Origin: Candidatus Latescibacterota bacterium
Lineage (GTDB): Bacteria > Latescibacterota > UBA2968 > UBA8231
Assembly: GCA_965197905.1 (NCBI GenBank)
Contig: CBDAOB010000004.1
Coordinates: 1,408,001 to 1,472,000 of the forward strand
DNA: 64,000 nucleotides
Reading direction: 5' to 3'
The notes beneath the pieces were generated by a model that saw only the letters and a list, made by a program, of their open reading frames with translations, was not told the DNA's origin and did not search any database. Positions 58,671 through 64,000 of this stretch are shown here, piece by piece (within the stretch, counting starts at the first letter, position 1; each line of letters starts with the position of its first letter). The translations under genes were made by a program, and so were the position numbers.

Positions 58671-59644
58671 GATATCTCCGTTCTTGCCGAATCAATGAGC
58701 GAGGAGGAATGATCGCTGTAGGCGCGAAACACCACCTTCAGATCTCGGCGTGCCCTGGCAAAGTTTGAATAAGGCTGCGCCGATCGATCTTCGAGGCAGC
58801 GCAGAAAATCATCCGTCATCCTGCCAAACCCCATCAGGTCGGACAGATCGGGAGGCACCAGCCCTCGGCGTTTCCCCTTGAGCACGGCGTATAACCCGTT
58901 GCTCTCGAAAACGATAGATCCGGCAGCGCCGATGAGCCTGGAATGCTGCAACAACCCCTTGGTGAAGCTGGGCGCATCCCAGGCGTACCGCAAAACGGCG
59001 CTTACACCACGGCTGTAGGTCAACTGCAGCTCGCAGCGGCGCTCAGGCTCGTTCACGTCGCGCCAACCGGGAAAGCTCGCAGCAATACCGGTGGGAGCAT
59101 CATCGACCAGATCTCCGATCAGCGCCACGAAATGTATACCACCCTCGAGCAGCGCCCCATAGCCAGTTCTCCAACCTTTTGGCGACTGCGTAAACAGCTT
59201 TTGAACCTCCACGCGCTCAATAGCGCCGATGGCGTCGTCTTCAATCAAACCCTTCAAACGTTCCACCGAAGGTTTGTAGTAGTAGTTTTCCGCCACCATC
59301 AACAGGGGGTGATCTTGATCGTTTTGCGCCGTTTCAATCTCCATCAATTCCGTTGGAGAGGTGCAGAGCGGTTTTTCGGCAAGAACGGCTTTTCCGCTCC
59401 GGAGTGCTCTGATGGTCTGGTCACAGTGAAACTGGGGAGGTGTCGCTAGCACGATCCCGTCGATCGCATCGCTGGACAGCACCTGCTCGAACTCTTCGAT
59501 AACACCGGCCCCGTCCATGCGGTCGCACAACAAACGCGCCGAGGCGGCGGAACGACTGTTGAAGTAGAGCCTCGCCCGGCCCCTCAGGTTCCGGGCGTGC
59601 ATGCCGCCGATCTTTCCGCAGCCCGAGATACAGATGTTTTTCAT
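58667..59644 (-). CDS. Gfo/Idh/MocA family oxidoreductase
   Basis: [26 protein letters not shown]. Confidence 0.9.
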   Translation of the reverse strand: MKNICISGCGKIGGMHARNLRGRARLYFNSRSAASARLLCDRMDGAGVIEEFEQVLSSDAIDGIVLATPPQFHCDQTIRALRSGKAVLAEKPLCTSPTELMEIETAQNDQDHPLLMVAENYYYKPSVERLKGLIEDDAIGAIERVEVQKLFTQSPKGWRTGYGALLEGGIHFVALIGDLVDDAPTGIAASFPGWRDVNEPERRCELQLTYSRGVSAVLRYAWDAPSFTKGLLQHSRLIGAAGSIVFESNGLYAVLKGKRRGLVPPDLSDLMGFGRMTDDFLRCLEDRSAQPYSNFARARRDLKVVFRAYSDHSSSLIDSARTEIS

Positions 59645-61146
59645 CTCAGTGTCCGGTTTCGGGAGGTAGCGATGTCCGCCACTCTAAGCGAGTTGGCGGC
59701 GATGGTGAGGCTGGGGTTAACGCCACCCGAGGTAGGCATGAAACTGCCGTCCACCACAAACAGATTATCGAACCCCCGAAGGCGGCAGCTGGGATCCAAA
59801 ACGCTTTCATCTTCTTCGCTGCCGAAGCGCAAGGTGCCCACGGCGTGAGAAAAGGAATCGATGGCGTGCGTAAACGGAATCAGACCGCCGGCCGCGCGCA
59901 ACACCCGCCTCGCTTTGCCGACCAGGTAATCGCGGCGAGCTAGATCGAGCGACGAATACGCGTGGTGAACCTCGGAGAGCTGCAGACCGTGCTCGTCCTT
60001 GGCTGGAGCCAGGGTCACTCGATTCTCGAACCGGGGTTCGTCTTCGGCGATACAGAGGAGGTTTTGCAGTCGCCGCGCCGCAGCTGCAGCCAATCGTTTC
60101 AATCCCGCGGGGGCAAAGTGATGGAGGACCTCCGGCGCGGGGGTGTAGATATCCTGAATGACACCTACGGCGGTTCCGTGCGCGGTGCGAAGATCTTCGT
60201 AAAAGTCGGTGAAACACAACTGCTTGTGGAACACATTCTCGGGATTGGTGACGCCCGGGAAGAGGTAGCCGGCCACCGCGTTGCAATGTCGCATGAGGCA
60301 ACGCCCAAAGAAGCGGTGTTCGGTGCCCAGATGTGAACGCCGCAGCAAACCAGGGCTGTAGAGCGCGCCGGCCCCCAAAAACACGACCTGTGCGCCGATC
60401 GAAAACATCTCCTTGGTTTCCTTGCTGACGCAAATAAGCTGCTCGACCTTTTCGCCGGCGGTCTGCAATTCGGCGACGATAGTGCCGGCCACGATCTCGA
60501 GTCCGAACTCCTGGGCTTTCCGCAGAACCGTGGCCGTGAGATCGTTTTTCGCCTCGATGCGGCAGGGGAATCCGTCGCAGGTGTTGCATTTGATGCAGAT
60601 GTTTCTGGCGTTGTCGGTGAAGTTGATCGCCAGGGGAATCTTGAACGGATTGTATCCGACTTTCCGGGCGGCCGCGAGGATACGTTGCGCCGGTGCCGTG
60701 AGTGGCTGGGCGGGTTGCGGATATCCCCCGGACCGGCGGGGCTCGAAGGGGTCTTCGCCGGAATCCCCGTGGACTGCCAGCAAGCGTTCGGCTTTGGTGT
60801 AGTAGGGCTCCAGGTCTTCGTAGCCGATGGGCCAGTGGTCGAAGTCAGTCTCGCGCAGACGTAAGGACGCCCCCCCGTAGAAAACCGAAAGTCCGCCTAC
60901 GGCTTCGTTGGAAAAGAGCGGTTTGAACTCTCGGGCGCCGTACTGTTTGACCAGGAGCGGAGCGCTGTTGCGATAACGCTGTTCGAGCAGAATCGCTTCC
61001 TGGTTCCAATCGAGCTCATCCCGTCTCGCCCAACCTCCGCGCTCGATCAATACCGTGCTTAGCCCCGCCTCGGCGAGGGCGTAGGCTGCTAGGGCTCCGC
61101 CAAAACCGGATCCGACAACGACCGCGTCATAAGACTTGGATTTCAT
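59641..61146 (-). CDS. GMC family FAD oxidoreductase
   Basis: VVGSGFGG, VGGLSVFYG, LEPYY.KAE, C..C..CDG..C, H.VGTLRFG, NLFVVDGSF, NPSLTI.AN. Confidence 0.92.
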   Translation of the reverse strand: MKSKSYDAVVVGSGFGGALAAYALAEAGLSTVLIERGGWARRDELDWNQEAILLEQRYRNSAPLLVKQYGAREFKPLFSNEAVGGLSVFYGGASLRLRETDFDHWPIGYEDLEPYYTKAERLLAVHGDSGEDPFEPRRSGGYPQPAQPLTAPAQRILAAARKVGYNPFKIPLAINFTDNARNICIKCNTCDGFPCRIEAKNDLTATVLRKAQEFGLEIVAGTIVAELQTAGEKVEQLICVSKETKEMFSIGAQVVFLGAGALYSPGLLRRSHLGTEHRFFGRCLMRHCNAVAGYLFPGVTNPENVFHKQLCFTDFYEDLRTAHGTAVGVIQDIYTPAPEVLHHFAPAGLKRLAAAAARRLQNLLCIAEDEPRFENRVTLAPAKDEHGLQLSEVHHAYSSLDLARRDYLVGKARRVLRAAGGLIPFTHAIDSFSHAVGTLRFGSEEDESVLDPSCRLRGFDNLFVVDGSFMPTSGGVNPSLTIAANSLRVADIATSRNRTLR

Positions 61147-61924
61147 GTAGATATACGATGGCCAGCACCGCTACAATCGCCAATGCCATGTAATGAAATT
61201 TTTCGCGACGGTCGACGAATTCCTGGATCCGTTGGAGATCGGGTCGGAATTTTCCCGACATGTTGCGCTGGATGAAGGTCTTGTAGTACTCGATCGCGAA
61301 GCGTTCGAGGCCGCCGTTCATGTATATGAGGAAACCGACGTGGAGCGGGTCGAGAGGGTCGCCGAGAAGGTAGAATAGAGGTGACAGCACGGCAAGAACC
61401 AGACCTGAACGCTGGAACTTCAGCCATCTGAATCCCTCGAAGGGCGCATCCTTGTAGGCCCCGCCCAGGGCAACCAGGAGCCCGGTTCCGTAGGCCACGA
61501 GCAGATATCCCCAACTGCTGACCTCAACCTCGATGAGCAGGAAGCTGAACACTGCGGCGACGATGAGAGCGCCTGCCGCGTAACGCAAGAGATCGCTTTC
61601 CACGTATCTGCCAAAGAAGGTGATCCGCGACGGGACGAAATATTTCGATTGGTCCTCAGTTCGAAAGAACCCCTTGTAAAGCTCGGCGACGAAACGTTCG
61701 ATGCCCATGATCAGGAAGAAAACCTGTACGATGCCGAGGCGAGCCAGGTTCTCGCTGAAAAACGGGATGAAGTAGAGGGCGACCAGGATCGCCACGTTGA
61801 AATAGATGCTGCGGGGAAAGGTTTTCGCTTTGAAGGTCTCGAAGGGAGAATCTTTGAACGCCCCCCAAAGGGATGTATAGAGACCCGAGAATAGGGTGAC
61901 GACCAGTGCGACCGCGAAGCTCAT
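61127..61924 (-). CDS. Uncharacterised polytopic membrane protein with an internal duplication
   Basis: GAFKDSPFETF..TFPRS...GIERFVAELYK is repeated as GAYKDAPFEGF..KFQRS...GLERFAIEYYK. Confidence 0.8.
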   Translation of the reverse strand: MSFAVALVVTLFSGLYTSLWGAFKDSPFETFKAKTFPRSIYFNVAILVALYFIPFFSENLARLGIVQVFFLIMGIERFVAELYKGFFRTEDQSKYFVPSRITFFGRYVESDLLRYAAGALIVAAVFSFLLIEVEVSSWGYLLVAYGTGLLVALGGAYKDAPFEGFRWLKFQRSGLVLAVLSPLFYLLGDPLDPLHVGFLIYMNGGLERFAIEYYKTFIQRNMSGKFRPDLQRIQEFVDRREKFHYMALAIVAVLAIVYLHEIQVL

Positions 61925-62117
61925 GGGTTCATTTCGTTTACGGCGTCGCCCGGCGGCGGCTGACGGCAACAAACATCCAACCGGCGTTGACCCTAAAATC
62001 GAGAGCGACAATAGTACTGTCATCGCTGTTTGCTAGCAACCAACAGCGGTCACCTCCGCCGTTCCTTGCCAAACGAAGGGGAAGCTCTATTTTTGCTGCC
62101 CGTCGAGAGGAGAAAAT

Positions 62118-62978
62118 ATGCGTTTGGGTGTCGTCGGAATGGTACCGTCCGACCTATCGATGATTCGAGCGGAACACCTGGAAGCGGTCCGCAAGTTGGA
62201 TCTTTCCGGTATCAGTGTTGGACAAGGTCGCGAGCAGCTGTTTGATGTGGATCCGTCCGCCTGCAAGCAGGTGCGATCGCTCTGCACCGAAATGGAGATG
62301 GACCTGGTCCAATTCAATGTGGGCTATGGCGAGTGTCTCTTTCATCCGGACCAGGAGATTCGCGACCGGGCGCTGGAGACGATCGAGCGCGGCATCGAGG
62401 TCGGCTCCGCGGTGGGTGCTCACGTCTGTCTCATTCGTCCGGGAAGCATGGGAGACAGCCCGTACGCCATCTCCATGGAGAACATGCGGCCCGAGTGCCG
62501 CGAGCGACTCGTGGAAACCCTCGGGAGGGTGGCGAACAAAGCGGAGGCAGAAGGGGCGGTCATCATGATCGAAACCCATGCGGTAACCGCCATGGACTCT
62601 CCTGAAACCAACCGGGAGATTCTCCAACAGGTAGGCTCTGATTCGATGGGCGTGGTCATGGACTACGTAAACCATTTCCAATCGTTGGAGCAGGTCTATA
62701 ACAACACCGAGCGTCTAAAGCATATCTATGCCGTCATGGGATCCCTGGCGTCGGTGGGACACTGCAAGGACATCAAGTTCGGCCAGGGGCTTGTCATTCA
62801 CATCGACGAGGAGGTACCCGGCGATGGTGTTCTGGATATGGAAACCGCCCTGCGCTGCTGGCACGAGCTTCGTCCGGACGGGTACATGCTGCTGGAGCAC
62901 CTTCCCGATGAGCTCTATCCCCGGGCAAGCGCCAATGTGCATCGGATCGCAGCAGAGGCGAAGATCGAAATTCACTGA
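62118..62978 (+). CDS. Sugar phosphate isomerase/epimerase (TIM barrel)
   Basis: IETH, MDYVN, HCKD, PGDG.LD, LLEH. Confidence 0.85.
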   Translation: MRLGVVGMVPSDLSMIRAEHLEAVRKLDLSGISVGQGREQLFDVDPSACKQVRSLCTEMEMDLVQFNVGYGECLFHPDQEIRDRALETIERGIEVGSAVGAHVCLIRPGSMGDSPYAISMENMRPECRERLVETLGRVANKAEAEGAVIMIETHAVTAMDSPETNREILQQVGSDSMGVVMDYVNHFQSLEQVYNNTERLKHIYAVMGSLASVGHCKDIKFGQGLVIHIDEEVPGDGVLDMETALRCWHELRPDGYMLLEHLPDELYPRASANVHRIAAEAKIEIH

Positions 62979-62990
62979 TTGGAGAGATTG

Positions 62991-64000
62991 ATGATTGAAC
63001 CGCACAGCGCGAAGGAGCTCACTCCGCTTTTCGTAACCGACGCATCACGGCGACAAGAGCTGATCACGGAAGCGGCAAACCTGCCCACCGTCCTCATCTC
63101 ATCGGGAGCCGCGGCGTCGGCAGTCATGCTCGCCTCGGGATATTTCACCCCTTTGTCCGGGTATATGAACGTGGCGACTGCCCTCACCGTCGCGTCGGAG
63201 ATGAAGCTGGATGACGGTGTCTTGTGGCCGGTTCCGGTTCTAAATCTGATTCCAGCTGCAGACCTGCCGTCCAACGTAGAGGTGGAGACCAGGGTCGCGC
63301 TACTCGATCCAAACGTAGAGGGTCATCCGCCCGTTGCCATCCAGACCGTAGCAGGCATCGACACCCTTCCGGACAGCGACCGAGAGACCATCGTTCAGAG
63401 TACGTTTGGAACCACCGATTCCCAGCATCCGGGTGTTGCCGCCTTTAAGGCTATGGGCGATGTAGCGCTCTCCGGCCCCATCGAAGTATTGAGCTACTCC
63501 TACTTTCGCGATGAGTTTCCGGACACCTTTCGCACGGCACCCGAGATCAGGGAGGAGTTCAAACAACGAGGCTGGGACACGGTGGTCGCCTTCCAGACAC
63601 GCAATCCGATGCACCGCGCCCACGAGGAGCTTTGCCGGATGGCCCAGGAAGCCGTTGATGCCGACGGCATCCTAATCCATATGCTGCTGGGCAAATTGAA
63701 GGCCGGAGACATCCCGGCGCAGATTCGGGATGCCTCCATTCGCAAAATGGTGGAGCTGTATTTTCCCAAGAACTCAGTCATGATCGCAGGTTATGGATTC
63801 GACATGCTTTATGCCGGACCGAGGGAGGCAGTGCTGCACGCGATCTTCCGGCAGAACTGTGGTTGCAGCCACCTGATTGTGGGTCGGGATCACGCCGGCG
63901 TCGGGGACTACTACGGACCGTTCGATGCCCAGACCGTCTTCGACGACATCCCGTCCGGAGCATTGCGGATAGAGATTTTTCGCGGTGACCACACCGTCTG
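62991..64000 (+). CDS. sat: Sulfate adenylyltransferase (ATP sulfurylase), partial (runs off window end)
   Basis: Not in the ORF track. MIEPHSAKELTPL...GYFTPLSGYM...VAFQTRNPMHRAHEEL...YAGPREAVLHAIFRQNCGCSHLIVGRDHAGVGDYYG. Confidence 0.95.
   Translation, partial: MIEPHSAKELTPLFVTDASRRQELITEAANLPTVLISSGAAASAVMLASGYFTPLSGYMNVATALTVASEMKLDDGVLWPVPVLNLIPAADLPSNVEVETRVALLDPNVEGHPPVAIQTVAGIDTLPDSDRETIVQSTFGTTDSQHPGVAAFKAMGDVALSGPIEVLSYSYFRDEFPDTFRTAPEIREEFKQRGWDTVVAFQTRNPMHRAHEELCRMAQEAVDADGILIHMLLGKLKAGDIPAQIRDASIRKMVELYFPKNSVMIAGYGFDMLYAGPREAVLHAIFRQNCGCSHLIVGRDHAGVGDYYGPFDAQTVFDDIPSGALRIEIFRGDHTV

Noticed and set aside
1..64000. CRISPR array, tRNA, rRNA, integrase or transposase
   Set aside because: No regularly spaced repeats, cloverleaf motifs or recombinase signatures were seen by eye.

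Overview
Bacterial chromosomal window of roughly 60% GC with about 55 genes. I recognised no rRNA, tRNA, CRISPR array or transposase. Housekeeping genes include mtnA, rsfS, trxB, zapA, a glmM-like mutase, infA, class I lysS, yhbY, comEC, queC/queE, moaA, xdhC, oadGBA, birA, ettA and a partial sat. An ~17 kb catabolic island (13.7-31.2 kb) has at its core an operon encoding E2, an ATP-citrate-lyase/citryl-CoA-synthetase-like two-subunit CoA ligase, a citryl-CoA lyase, E1beta, E1alpha and an MmgE/PrpD protein, followed by a UroD-like/corrinoid methyltransferase pair. Other unusual proteins: a FolC fused to a RimK-like ATP-grasp domain, a six-ASH-domain surface protein, an orphan mini flagellin-like gene, an orphan FliL-like lipoprotein and an internally duplicated membrane protein. 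Non-coding signals: a 162-bp TA-duplicating MITE inserted in the rsfS stop codon, a promoter-bounded ~114-nt rod-shaped RNA candidate, a four-hairpin anti-Shine-Dalgarno sRNA candidate and an attenuator-like infA leader. Three genes appear frameshifted at short homopolymers, probably long-read assembly errors. Gene content (PhyH, CehA/McbA, UroD-like, ceramidase-like, ASH proteins) suggests a Latescibacterota/Poribacteria/Gemmatimonadota-like organism; this is inference only. All calls come from motif recognition by eye; no database searches were run.
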